From positions 49,352,001-49,416,000 of the forward strand of contig OZ024743.1 of assembly GCA_964016885.1 (NCBI GenBank): 64,000 nucleotides of DNA, written 5' to 3'. The position numbers and the translations under genes were made by a program. This DNA is from Eledone cirrhosa. Its lineage: Eukaryota. Below are positions 40,649-53,353 of the stretch, piece after piece; positions within the stretch are counted from its first letter, which is position 1; each line of letters begins with the position of its first letter. The notes under the pieces are model-generated. The model did no database searches, had not been told where the DNA came from, and saw only the letters and a list, made by a program, of their open reading frames with translations.

Positions 40649-42010
40649 TGACCTGGTCACTGACACATTCCTATTACTGTTGTGACCTGGTCACATTCCT
40701 ATTACTGTTGTGACCTGGTCACATTCCTATTACTGTTGTGACCTGGTCACATTCCTATTACTGTTGTGACCTGGTCACTCACACATTCCTATTACTGTTG
40801 TGACCTGGTCACTAACACATTCCTATTACTGTTGTGACCTGGTCACTAACACATTCCTATTACTGTAGTGACCTGGTCACTAACACATTCCTATTAGTGT
40901 AGTGACCTGGTCAGTAACACATTCCTATTACTGTTGTGACCTGGTCACTGACACATTCCTATTACTGTTGTGACCTGGTCACTAACACATTACTGTTGTG
41001 ACCTGGTCACTAACACATTCCTATTACTGTTGTGACCTGTTCACATTCCTATTACTGTTGTGACCTGGTCACATTCCTATTACTGTTGTGACCTGGTCAC
41101 ATTCCTATTACTGTTGTGACCTGGTCACTAACACATTCCTATTACTGTTGTGACCTGGTCACTAACACATTCCTATTACTGTAGTGACCTGGTCACTAAC
41201 ACATTCCTATTACTGTTGTGACCTGGTCACTAACACATTCCTATTACTGTAGTGACCTGGTCACTAACACATTCCTATTACTGTTGTGACCTGGTCACTA
41301 ACACATTCCTATTACTGTTGTGACCTGGTCACTAACACATTCCTATTACTGTAGTGACCTGGTCACTAACACATTCCTATTACTGTTGTGACCTGGTCAC
41401 TAACACATTCCTATTACTGTAGTGACCTGGTCACTAACACATTCCTATTAGTGTAGTGACCTGGTCATTAACACATTCCTATTACTGTAGTGACCTGGTC
41501 ACTAACACATTCCTATTACTGTAGTGAGCTGGTCACTAACACATTCCTATTACTGTAGTGAGCTGGTCACTAACACATTCCTATTACTGTAGCGACCTGA
41601 TCACTAACACATTCCTATTACTGTTGTGACCTGGTCACTAACACATTCCTATTACTGTTGTGACCTGGTCACTAACACATTCCTATTACTGTAGTGAGCT
41701 GGTCACTAACACATTCCTATTACTGTAGTGAGCTGGTCACTAACACATTCCTATTACTGTAGCGACCTGGTCACTAACACATTCCTATTACTGTAGTGAC
41801 CTGGTCACTAACACATTCCTATTACTGTTGTGACCTGGTCACTAACACATTCCTATTACTGTAGTGACCTGGTCACTAACACATTCCTATTACTGTAGTG
41901 ACCTGGTCACTAACACATTCCTATTACTGTAGTGACCTGGTCACTGACACATTCCTATTACTGTTGTGACCTGGTCACATTCCTATTACAGTTGTGACCT
42001 GGTCACTGAT
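40649..42010. repeat. Minisatellite, 34 bp unit (28 bp variant) with palindrome GTGACC-T-GGTCAC
   Basis: About 40 copies of GTGACCTGGTCACTAACACATTCCTATTACTGT(T/A). Confidence 0.96.
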
Positions 42011-43283
42011 ATAGTTCCATTACAGTGGTGTCAGATCAAGTCACTTGACCAATACAACTCCAGAACAACCAAGTATTCAATGAAAACCTGCCTGTCTGTC
42101 TGGCTGTGTGTGTGTGTGTATGTGTGTGCACGCACTTCAACAGCATTCTAATAAATATTGCCTGTACAGGTAATTAAAGTGTGTATATATTTTTGGGGGA
42201 CACCCTGTGTACACACACACACTTTAGGGTGTTCCATTTTCCAGCTATTTCCCAGTCATCTTGTGTCAATTATGCCTATCTTTGAATTGATGAAATAACT
42301 AAGTATGCCCAATTATAGGTCAAACAAATAATATTTAGGGTTTGCATACTTTCACATGTTTTTATATTTATGATGAATTTTTGAAGCTGGTATATTGTTC
42401 TTTCTCTTCACTTTACTGAATCCAATGAAACCACACGACTGAAAATAAGCAGGAGGAATATTAGGGTTAAATAGAGAAACAGCTTTCCCCCTGCACTTCC
42501 TCGATCTAGTGTCTTTTATGGCAACTGAAATTCTCTCCCTGATTTCAACATGATGGTAGAGGAAGCACAAGTGTTGTTTGGAGGAAGTCAAGTCTGAGGT
42601 CACTCCTCCTCGGGATTTCTCAGGCAGCCAAATGGCCTTTCTGGTTTCCATTTTCTTATTCACCATGAAAGATGAAAAGCAAAATCAATCAATCAATTTT
42701 ATTTTAACAAGCTTGTGTGTTCTCATATTTCTGGAACCCATTCAGGTTTTGAAAAGCAAAAGAGAAGAAAATTATTTTGTATCTTCATAACAATAGATGG
42801 AACTTGAAGAAAACCAGCGTGTTTACCACTCATCAACCAAAGCAGCACTAAACCAACAATACAATGAACCTTACATTAGAACCTTCTTGTTAACTCATTA
42901 TCTTGCTGAATTATTAAAACAAATATTGAAAAGTTCACCTCATCAACATGATATCAAACACTTCTTCTTTGTACGAACAATGAAAACAAATCACTGACAT
43001 GAAATTATTTCTACATACTTAGTTTAAGTTTATGGTTGATTTGTTTTTCATTTAGGATCCTATAAATGGTAGAAATGTCTTTTGCATGTACACAGTTGAA
43101 AACAGACAAAAAAAATACAACCTGGCTACAATTAATAAGTGCTGAATTAAATTTACGAGTTAATTTCAGATATAGTTCATCAAGAACTATTTTTCCTTTT
43201 TTTAAGATGGTTGGGTATGATTTCAGTGAGATTTTGTTGCTATTTCTTGCAGATCAAGTAACCACATAGAGGTATCTTCACTG

Positions 43284-43329
<46 letters not shown>

Positions 43330-43450
43330 GGAGGTGAGTTTTATTGTAGTACAATAAAACAATACAAATATCGGATAAGTAGCACTCTACAGTTTGTAGG
43401 ACTGGAGTATAAATAATATAAGATCAAAAGATGGTTAAAAGAGTTCCAAG

Positions 43451-43521
43451 TATTTTATTATGCGCATTACAAAAACAAATATCATCATGAGATGATATCA
43501 GCGTTTTCATCAGATAAAATA
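43451..43521 (-). ncRNA. Hammerhead, mirror copy with GAAA mutated to GTAA
   Basis: TATTTTAT-CTGATGA-stem II-GTAA-TGCGCA-TA^ATAAAATA. Confidence 0.6.
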
Positions 43522-43684
43522 GGGATACATGATATGAAGGTTACTCTCTACTCTCATCTCCTCCTCTTTCTCACCCCCCCCCACCTTTTCCCAATATCAC
43601 ACATCAATCTTAAATTATTTTTCATATGTTGATTTAAAACTTCACTATTCACAAGTGTTTTTTAACCTTCATATCATGTATTCC

Positions 43685-43755
43685 TATTATATCTGATGAA
43701 AACGCAGATATCATCTCATGATGATATTTGTTTTTGAAATGCGCATAATAAAATA
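43685..43755 (+). ncRNA. Type I hammerhead ribozyme with minimal palindromic stem III
   Basis: TATTATAT-CTGATGA-AAAcGCAGATATCATC tcat GATGATATTTGTtTTT-GAAA-TGCGCA-TA^ATAAAATA; predicted cleavage after 43747. Confidence 0.8.
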
Positions 43756-44063
43756 CTTGGAACTCTTTTAACCATCTTTTGATCTTATATTATATATATA
43801 TATATATGTTGAGTTAAAAACTCAGAATATTCTCTTATAATCAAATTGGCTCAAGGAAAATATTCCAAGCCTTTACACAGTAAATTTACAAAACAGTTCT
43901 ACATTAAAACTGTCTAGATGTTGATATCATAGTTGGTTCGTTATTAATTTATCCTTTTGAGTTCTGTGAACTGAACTATCTTTAGTTAATATATTCTTCA
44001 CCTTGGCCGTTTTATATCTCTTACAATTTGAACCCCCACATGTTCGTCTCTCTTTACTGTGTT

Positions 44064-44189
<126 letters not shown>

Positions 44190-44447
44190 GCTTTGAATAA
44201 TCCCCGGTCGTTTATTAAATTTTCAGAACTTTTCAAACGCCCCACCCTGCTCTTATTCCACCCTTCTCACTTATTAAATTTTGCTTGTCTATCTCTAGTG
44301 AAATTTTATTTTAAGTGGTTGCATTCCTATAATAATTAATTTTCTTTATATACACATTATATATATATATATATATATATGTCTGTATATATAAGTATGT
44401 GTGTGTATATGTGTGTGTGCGCGCGTGTGTGTGTATATATATATATA

Positions 44448-44555
44448 TCATCATCACCACTGTTTTACGTCCGTTCTTCCATGCTAGTATGGGTTTGATG
44501 GTCATCCTGTTGTGGGCAGTGTCCAGTCAGCTGACCTTGTCATGCTAGGAACTGA
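44448..44555 (-). mobile_element. RTE-type 3' end stub
   Basis: Matches 1170-1280. Confidence 0.75.
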
Positions 44556-44620
44556 TATATATATAGAATAAGGAAAATGTGAAGTTCAGTGTAGATGTTA
44601 AAGAATCCTTTATTAAGAAA

Positions 44621-44701
44621 GCTGTGATACATATTTCAATGACAATCGTGACTACATGATTGGTCAATCATGAAAATGGTCACATGATCTCATCAGACTG
44701 C
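44621..44701 (-). ncRNA. Type I hammerhead ribozyme with long stem II
   Basis: GCAGT-CTGATGA-GATcatGTGAC...GTCACgattgtcATT-GAAA-TATGTA-TC^ACAGC. The mirror copy at 45014-45094 has a perfect stem I (GCTGT/ACAGC) but ATGATGA. Confidence 0.72.
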
Positions 44702-44820
44702 ATCATTATGTAATAAGGTTATTTTCTGAAAAGGGAACGGACATCGGCTATGAAAACATCCCTTTTGTTTGTTTCCTTTTCTTTAGATTGGATTGCCTCG
44801 GAAACGTAACCTTATTACAT

Positions 44821-45002
44821 AATTGTTTCTACTTTTGGCACAAGACCAGTAATTATCCCAGTACATTACTGGTACTTTATTTTATCGACCCCGTAAGGAT
44901 GAAAGGCAAAGTTAACCTTGGTGGGATTTCAAACCATAAAGGTCCGTAACTCTTTGCTGCAAAGCATGGCGTCCGACTCTCTACCGATACTGCTAATCCA
45001 CC
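44821..45002 (-). mobile_element. SINE family 1 with TSD TACATAAT
   Basis: TSD at 44816-44823 and 45003-45010. Confidence 0.9.
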
Positions 45003-45609
45003 TACATAATGATGCTGTATGATGAGATTGTGTGACTGGTTACCTGATTAAATAATCACTCAGCTACAATTGTCATTGAAATATGTGTCACAGCTTTGTT
45101 AATAATGGATTCTTTAACATCTACACTGAACTTCACATTTTCCTTATTCTACATATACTTCGTCATTGACCGACAAATCATAATTGGAAGAAAAAACATG
45201 ACGTTGAGTACTTGAATCAAATTGCCTCATTGTTTTACTGATTGGTGCGTTACATATGCAACCTCATTTAGTCAGCATATTTACCATAAGTATATATATG
45301 TATATATGTATACACACACCCACACATACAATGTGTGTATATATGTGTGCACATGGCTGTTTGTTTTCTCTCTCTCTCTATTATATAGCTATCTGAAACC
45401 ATTTACTTTAGCCTGTTTCATATTACCAACTTCTGGTCTGTTTACAAGTTGTGACAGTCGTATAAATTGTTGTATTGAAATTTTATATAAATCCAACCCC
45501 TGCTAGCATGGAAAAAAAAAAAGGAAAGGAGCTGATTGGACCAAGGAAACAATGTTTCCATTGCTGATACTTTCTGCTAATTGCAATTCCTAACAGAAGC
45601 AGGCAGGTT

Positions 45610-45817
45610 TTAACCCTTTAGCATTTACATTACTCTCTATATATATACTATACAGTAAACACTTTATCTCACATAATATTGAATCTATGAGATTTTGATA
45701 TCATCTATTTATAGAACAATACCTTATAAGTATGAGTGACTGGTTATGGCCAGTTTGAACAGAAACAGGTGAGAGAATCCTAGCTGGATGCGGCCGGTTT
45801 AAATGCTAAAGGGTTAA
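45610..45817 (-). mobile_element. piggyBac-type MITE
   Basis: TTAA-CCCTTTAGCATTTA...TAAATGCTAAAGGG-TTAA with perfect TIRs. Confidence 0.9.
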
Positions 45818-46333
45818 CTCAGAATGCACAGAGCTTTATCAAATACTGCAGAGTATCCTGTCCAACTATTTAACAATTCCACCAATCTACTACCCCCAAA
45901 TTAATACTTTATTGACCTCCAAAAGGATGAAAGGCAAAGTTGATCTAGGTGGGATTTGAACTCAGGGTGTAGAGAGCCAGAAGAAATACTGATGACATAA
46001 AAGCCATAAAATGATGATGATGATGATGGCGATACCAATGAAATTCTCCTTCATTTCTGCTAAAACAACAACTGTGACTGACAGCAATATTGTCACTATT
46101 AGTTTTTTGTGGGACTTAATTCAATTTACTGTTGTTGATTTTGTTGTTGTTGCCATAGAATATGTATGTATATAAGTGTATGTGGGTAGGCAACCAACCA
46201 TCCGCTGTATATATCTTCACTAAGAAACTTTCATTATTTTTCCTAAACCAGATAATCCGCTTTCAACAACAAAACCTATTATTTCTAAATTTAATTTAAT
46301 AGTAATTTCAGAATTGTATTTTTTTAAAAATGA

Positions 46334-46435
<102 letters not shown>

Positions 46436-46724
46436 TCTTTTTTTCTCTATCTTTTACCCTCTCACTTCATCAGAAACAAAAGATGAAAAGAAAAGAAAAA
46501 CAAAAAAACCTAACAAAACCGTAAAACCAACTGTTGTTATCGGCTGGAAGTAATTTAATTTTATTGGAATTCCATTTAACCAAATGAAGTAACAATTGTC
46601 TTCTTTTGGTTGTTTTTGATGTTGATGTAATACTGTTAGGGTTCCAATCTCAATGTTTAAGAGATAGTCCCTTCTTCACTAATACTATCAAAAGACAAAT
46701 AGAAAGGAAAATAAGAATAAGAAC

Positions 46725-47230
46725 TAGATTTATTTATTTATTCAATTTAAACGTCCGTATAGAGCTAGTAAGCCATGGCAGATTAGGGGAAGTATTGAGT
46801 ACTTCTTACAGTTGGTAACAAAAAAGAGCTAGTGAGACAAGTAATAAAAAAAAATTAAAACAAAGGGTAAAAAACAACAAAAAAAAAAAACCAAGCAAAA
46901 ATGTCCAATATTGAAGGGAGGCAGATTATGTGATAAGAAAATGAAAACAATAAAGAAAATATGAAAGAATGGAAGCTGTAAAACAGAAGTTTCTGTTGAA
47001 TCTTTCCCTAGCTTCCATGTACTCAAAGATTTTGTTTATATTTTGTAGACCTTTAATCCTATATTGAACTTACAATATTGGTAGTTTTTTTTTAAAGATT
47101 GGTTTCAACATGGCCTCTCTCTCAGACTGATAGTTTCTACATTGGAACAAATAGTGCCATAGAGTTTCTGGAGAGTCACCACAAGAACATAGAGGTGAAT
47201 CTCTACGACCTGTTCTTGGTAGAATGTAGT
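46725..47230 (-). mobile_element. Non-LTR retrotransposon 3' end with C-terminal Cys/His knuckle
   Basis: DSPLCSCGDSPETLWHYLFQCRNYQSER; 3' UTR ends in (TAAA)n near 46725. Clade uncertain. Confidence 0.7.
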
Positions 47231-47231
47231 T

Positions 47232-47525
47232 TAAAGGTATACAGAGCCCTGGTCTTACTACCATATAACATTGTTGTTCGTATACATGCATAATACAATC
47301 TGCCTTTCATTTTGAGGGAAAAACCTTTTGTAGTTAGCAGCAGTAGTAACTCCATGAACTTTTTTCATCCCGTTTTCATCTGGCTATTGTATTTTTGGCA
47401 CACCCACCTCCACTGCTAATTTGGTCACTCAGGTAACAGAAGCTGTCAACTACTTCTATTGAACCTTCCAAGAATTGATAGCACTTATTTCCTTTGCATG
47501 TTTGTTACTTACTGCTCCTGTGCAA
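47232..47525 (-). mobile_element. RTE subfamily B-like internal fragment
   Basis: CTGAV...EGSIEVVDSFCYLSDQISSGGGC...KGFSLKMKGRLY. Confidence 0.85.
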
Positions 47526-47587
47526 TGAGATAGAGTGTCCGTGCTGTTTGCTCTGATCTGAGCAAACAGCACGGACACTCTATCTCA
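47526..47587. repeat. Perfect 28 bp inverted repeat with a 6 nt loop
   Basis: TGAGATAGAGTGTCCGTGCTGTTTGCTC-tgatct-GAGCAAACAGCACGGACACTCTATCTCA. Confidence 0.95.
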
Positions 47588-47787
47588 AAATTATTTTTGA
47601 AAAGCATTTAGAAATGCGCAACCGGTAAAAACTTAAAAACACAACTGAATACTAACCCATACAATCACTAATACTCTTTTATTCCTAATTAAACCATTTT
47701 TCAACTGTGAACAATTTGTCAGCATTTTCTATTCCGTTTACCAATATATAATAACTTGTGTGTTACACCTCTATTCTTTTAACTATA

Positions 47788-47862
<75 letters not shown>

Positions 47863-48519
47863 GTGTATATATATATATATATATAGATGTGTGTGTGTGT
47901 GTGTGTGAGTGTGATATGGTTTGAAGTATATGCTTAATCTTATATTGTTGTTAGATATTGTACTTATGAACTACTTAACTATTTTGATAATTTTCTTTAT
48001 TTCAATAATTGTTTGGTTATTTTCGTGTTGTCTGGGCCATGGAGTTTCTGGTACGAACTTCTTGGCACACAGCATCGTCTTGTTAAATTAAATATTTTTT
48101 AGGGTTTATTTTGTCACAGAGGTTTATTTTTTTGGAGTTTATAGTTCTAGTACTCAAGGAAAAGGGTGAAGCATAGCCTATTATGTAATGGGGTTGTAGT
48201 CACTGTAGTTAATAGTAGTTTTATTACTCAGAAAATAGGTAATATGACAGCTGCAGCTTGATGACATCTGTCTTCCCCATAGTTGGGGCAGGTCTATGGT
48301 TGGTTTATGGGATATGATAGTGATAAGGGAGGGTTTGTTTAATAGGAATTATGAGAGACGGTCAGTGGTATGTTTAACAATATTTTCTGAGTGTTTAAGG
48401 GTTAGCGCTGTCTTCTCATAGCTTGTGTACCGTCACCGTCTCACACACACACACGTGTGTATTCATAGATTGTCATTTTGGTTATCATACTTAACTGGAA
48501 ACTTTAGACAGTAAGACTA

Positions 48520-48705
48520 TCCATTTGGCAGTATTGGTAGAGGATCGGACGCTATGCTTTGCAGCATAGAGTTACGGCCTTTTATGGTCTGAGTTCAAAT
48601 CCTGCCGAGGTTAACTTTGCTTTTCATCCTTACGGGGTTGATAAAGTGAGCACCAGTAATACACTGGGATAATTGCTGGTCTTGTGCCAAAAGTAGAAAC
48701 AGTTA
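48520..48705 (+). mobile_element. SINE family 1
   Basis: A box, B box, core and AGTAGAAACA tail. Confidence 0.85.
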
Positions 48706-48922
48706 TATTTGGATGACATCTGTGCCTTCTGATGAGGAACCAATTAGATCTAAAATCAATTAAAATTGTTTATCATTCTTTCAATTTTCAAGGAAGTTTC
48801 TACCAATTAGATATGTGTATATATATACATATTGGTACAGTCTTGGTTATACACTCAGTATGTATATTTATATAACTGTATTGTACACTTCAGCTGCTAG
48901 TGCACTTCTTCACTTCTTAATG

Positions 48923-48972
<50 letters not shown>

Positions 48973-49210
48973 ATGTGTTTGTGTGTGTGTGTATATATGT
49001 GTGTGTGTGTAAAAATATATAATAGGTGTAAATCGAAGTTTTAGCTGTTGTACTGCAAATACTATTTGATTTGTTTGAGGCAATCACAAAGCACTCAATG
49101 ACTCGAAAGTTAAAAACATTAGGTCCGGAGTAAACACAACAGTTATAAAGTGTGACTCCAAGAAAACCGACTGAAGGCCCTAACCATAGATATAACACAA
49201 TGACGATAGA

Positions 49211-49282
<72 letters not shown>

Positions 49283-49285
<3 letters not shown>

Positions 49286-51585
49286 ATGAGACATACAGGA
49301 AGGTATGGAGAAGAAAGGTCTGAAAGCTAAAAGACCTTTCACTAAAATACAAATTTAGGAAAGCCCTTCAAGATGTATATGACAAAAAAGAAGTCGATTT
49401 AGAGACGTATGACCTAGATAATAACTGGAATTTCTTACGTGACAACTTACTGCAGGCTACTGATGAAACTTTTGACTGGAGTAGAGCTCCAACCAGACAG
49501 AGAGTGACCTGGTGGTGGAACAGCACAGTAGATAGAGCCATTAGGGACAAAAGACTAGCTTGGAAAAAGGGTGGGAGTAGAGAAGGATATACAGCCGCTA
49601 AGAGAGAAGCTAGACATCAGGTGTACTTAGCACGCAGAGAGGCTGAGAGTAGGAGGTTTGCCAATGTTTTGCGATGGGAAGATCACAGGCGTGCGGTGTT
49701 CCACATTGCAAGGCAGTGTGTCAATGCAAATCAGGATGTTGTTGGAGATAAATGTGTCCGGGATGATGCCGGTGTACTTAGTGTCACGAATGATCAGAAA
49801 AAGGAGGCCTGGAAATGTCATTATGAGAGACTGATGAATGTGGAGAACGAATGGGAGAGAGAGAAATTACCCTCAGTAGATCCGACAGAGGGACCAGCTA
49901 TTGAGATTGACGAATATAAGGTCCAAGAGGCGATTAAGGAAATGAAAAGTGGTAAGGCTGCTGGACCGTCAGGGATAGTTGCTGAGATGCTGAAGGCATC
50001 CGGGGACGTAGGCACTAAACTGCTTGCACGCATCATCAATCAGGCTATATATGGTGGTGTCATACCCAAAGACTGGTGCAGCAGTATTCTCATAAATTGC
50101 TACAAAGGTAAAGGGGATGCTCTGGAGAGGAGCAATTATAGGGGTATGAAACTGATGGATCAGGTTATGAAAGTGGCAGAAAGGATATTGGCACAACTAA
50201 TTAGAGAAAGGGTCAAACTAGATGAGATGCAGTTTGGTTTTGTGTCTGGGAAAAGTACAACAGATGCCCTCTTCTTGGTGAGACAATTACAAGAGAGGTT
50301 CTTAGAGAAGAATAAGCCACTATACTTAGCCTTTGTTGACCTAGAGAAGGCCTTTGATATGGTACCTCGATCTGTCATCTGGTGGTCCCTAAGGAAACTA
50401 GGTGTTGAGGAATAGCTTGTGAGGACTGCAAACTTTGTACAGAGGTGCTCTCAGTAAAGTCAGAATAGGAATGGAGTTTAGTGAGGAATTACAGATACAA
50501 GTAGGAGTACATCAACGTCCGGTCCTCAGCCCGCTCTTGTTCAGTATAGTCCTCCTAGCCATAACAGAGGAGTTTAAGACTGGCTGTCCATGGGAACTTC
50601 TCTATGCTGACAATCTGGTTCTTATAGCAGAATCAGTAGAGGAGCTAGAGAATAAATTCTGGCTATGGAAACAGCAGTTGGAATCAAGAGGACTGAGAAT
50701 GAACCTAGCTAAGACAAAAGTGTTGATGAGTAGAAAAGAGGACAAAACTCTGATTCCGTCAGGGAAATGCCATGTTCGATATGCAGAAAAGGAACTAGCA
50801 TAAATTCTATAAAATGCACACAATGCAGATACTGGATCCACAAGAGATGTAGTGGGATAGCAGGCAAACTAACAGGTAGGGAGAAATACGTATGCAGTAG
50901 ATGTACAGGGAAATTAGACAGTAGAAGTCGCATTGATAGACACATTTTTCAAATGCAGGCGGGTGCTATAGAAGTAGTGGATAGCTTCCGGTATCTAGGT
51001 GATCAGATTAGCATGGGAGGGGGGTGTACCGAGGCCATAGTATCTAGAATAAGGAGGGGTTAGAAGAAGTTTAGGGAGCTGCTTCCTCTGCTGACAAAGA
51101 AGAGTTTCTCACTGCGTACGAAAGGCCGGTTATATGATGCCTGTGTGAGGAGTGCGATGCTGCATGGTAGTGAGACATGGGCAGCAACTACAGAGGATAT
51201 GCGACGGCTGGAGAGAAATGAGGCAAGCATGCTCCGTTGGATGTGCAATGTCAATGTGCGTGAACGACCCAGCATGGATGTGTTGAGAGAGAAACTGTGT
51301 CTGAGAGGGATAGAATGTAGTGTGCGAGAGAGGAGATATGGACATGTGATGTGCGTGGAGGATGACCGATGGGTGAAGAAGTGCCAGGAAATGCCAGTTG
51401 AAGGAAGACGTGGTAGAGGTACACCACGAAAAACAAGGGCGGAGGTGGTGAGAACAGACCTCAGATCGCTGAAGCTCACGGTGGAGATGACGAAGGACCG
51501 TGACAAGTGGAGAGAAGCTGTGCTGAATAAGACTCGTCCCACCCTTTGAAGCAGGGAAAAGCGGACGTAAAATGATGATGATGAT
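49283..51585 (+). mobile_element. RTE-clade LINE, subfamily A, longest copy (RT with PHD insert); stops and frameshifts
   Basis: TWWWN, KAAGPSG, NCYKGKGD...NYRG, QFGF, DLEKAFD, YADN, C4HC3 finger, FRYLG, HGSETW, RGRGTP; (GAT)n tail. Confidence 0.96.
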
Positions 51586-51593
51586 AATATATA

Positions 51594-52555
51594 TATATAA
51601 GAAAGTAAGTCCATAGAATCATTTGATAAAATATATACAGTATTTCTTCTCCCAATCAGCATAATCAACCACATAAAAAATCAATTAAACGAGGTTATAA
51701 GTTTAAAATATACCTATGAAGAAACAATAGATAAATAAATGATAGCCATTTTATCCGTGATCCATAGCCACAGAAGATTTACCCAGTATTTCTAATAGCC
51801 CATAGAAATTGACTCGACATATAGCTAACCATACACAATTAGGTACAAAATCAAAGTTAGAAGAAAAAAATGTACATAAACATACCAAAATTATGTTTCT
51901 ACCCTTGGAGGTTTCGTTCGCTTTTTGGAAATATCCAATCATGGATAAATCAACGAGTTTCGAAATCATCAGGAAACAAACTCAATTGGACAAAGATTTT
52001 TCTTAAATGATCCCCACCAGAAATGAATTCAAAATGGCTAAGAATTGTCACATGGCCAGTGGTCAAGTCAGAAAGCTTGTGATTGGTGCCTGACGGCGAG
52101 TCGGCTGATTGCTAGAAAGCACAGCTGAATACTGCCTAAAGTTTTACTCAACCTTACGGGAGTATATAAAATATAGAGGTTTACATATACATAAACTAGA
52201 CAGAGCCATAGATATATCTATATATGTTTTTGGCAACCATTCACGATGTGGCTCAAAGACGAATTAATTAATTAAATAATCAACAATCAGAGCAATATAT
52301 AAGAAAGTAAGTCCATAGAATCATTTGATAAAATATATACAGTATTTCTTCTCCCAATCAGCATAATTAACCACATAAAAAATCAATTAAACGAGGCTAT
52401 AAGTTTAAAATGTACCTATGAAGAAACAATAGATAAATAAATGATAGCCATTTTATCCGTGATCCATAGCCACAGAAGATTTACCCAGTATTTCTAATAG
52501 CCCGTAGAAATTGACTAGACATATAGCTAACCATACACAATTAGGTACAAAATCA
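51594..52555 (-). mobile_element. Partial-tandem, hammerhead-containing non-autonomous element (retrozyme/PLE-like)
   Basis: Direct repeat of about 260 bp (51594-51854 and 52296-52556, period about 702 bp) flanking a unique segment with a hammerhead; ends in TA repeats. Confidence 0.72.
51894..51978 (-). ncRNA. Type I hammerhead ribozyme
   Basis: TGTTTC-CTGATGA-t.TTCG...(about 40 nt)...CGAA.c-GAAA-CCT ccaa GGG-TA^GAAACA; perfect 6 bp stem I; predicted cleavage between 51900 and 51899. Confidence 0.8.
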
Positions 52556-52639
52556 ACGCAATGCATTATGAAGAATGTTAAATTGCCAAGATAACAAAAG
52601 AATCGTACCTTAGCAAATTTAACGATCCCAAATATTTTT

Positions 52640-52860
52640 GGTTTAATGTTCAAACCGGCCAAAACCGGCCAGAATTCTCTACCTCTTTTTGTTGAAACTG
52701 GCTGTAACTGGTCGCTCAAACTGATGTTAAGTTATTGTTCTCAAAATAAATACTTTCAAAATCTCATAGATTCGATATTATGTGACAATTATGCGAGGTA
52801 AAGCCTTTACCATGAAAATATAATAGTAAATATATAGTAATGTGAATACTAAGGGATTAA
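52640..52860 (+). mobile_element. piggyBac-type MITE with damaged left end
   Basis: Homologous to 27552-27769. Confidence 0.75.
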
Positions 52861-53353
52861 ATTTGTGTTTCATATATATATATCTGCAAATAAATAACTA
52901 CCAATTTGCATATAGCATGACTAGGCTGTGTAACTACTAAAGAAACAATTGTAAAGACTTGGAATAAATTACCTTTTTATAATGTCTACCTGTTTTATTA
53001 ATCATTCTTTATATATATATATTTATATAGTTTTACCCGCCCTAGATATATACATGATAGCAATGAGAGAAGGCACATAATAAATTATGTCAGATAATAG
53101 CTTCTAACTCTATATTATAATTTGACTTTTATATATATTATAGCAGTGTTTCAGTATGGGGCTGCATTTCAATAACCGAAACAATTAGAATATATAAGAG
53201 TTGGAGAGTGGGGGAGGGTGTTAATTGATGATTAAAACTGTGACCACTTGGCATTTCACTGTAAACGTATTTTAATCATGAAATGTATGTATGTGTGTAA
53301 CTATATGTATATATATATATGTATGTAAAAATATGTATATATATGTATGTATA

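Larger units (their letters stand above)
43326..43793 (-). mobile_element. Fold-back Penelope-like pLTR remnant within (TA)n
   Basis: Inverted arms 43413-43543 and 43663-43793, each with a hammerhead and overlapping AATAAA; one-sided tail at 43326-43412. Confidence 0.75.
44561..45290 (+). mobile_element. Fold-back Penelope-like pLTR remnant interrupted by a SINE
   Basis: Arm 44561-44722 is inverted at 44808-44823 plus 45003-45151; hammerhead in each arm; TA repeats at both ends. Confidence 0.72.

Noticed and set aside
42352-42997. Short non-repetitive ORFs (104, 70 and 66 aa)
   Set aside because: No recognisable motif or convincing splice context; possibly a decayed transposon.
48722-48800. 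CTGATGAGGA motif, possible hammerhead
   Set aside because: No properly placed GAAA or stem III.
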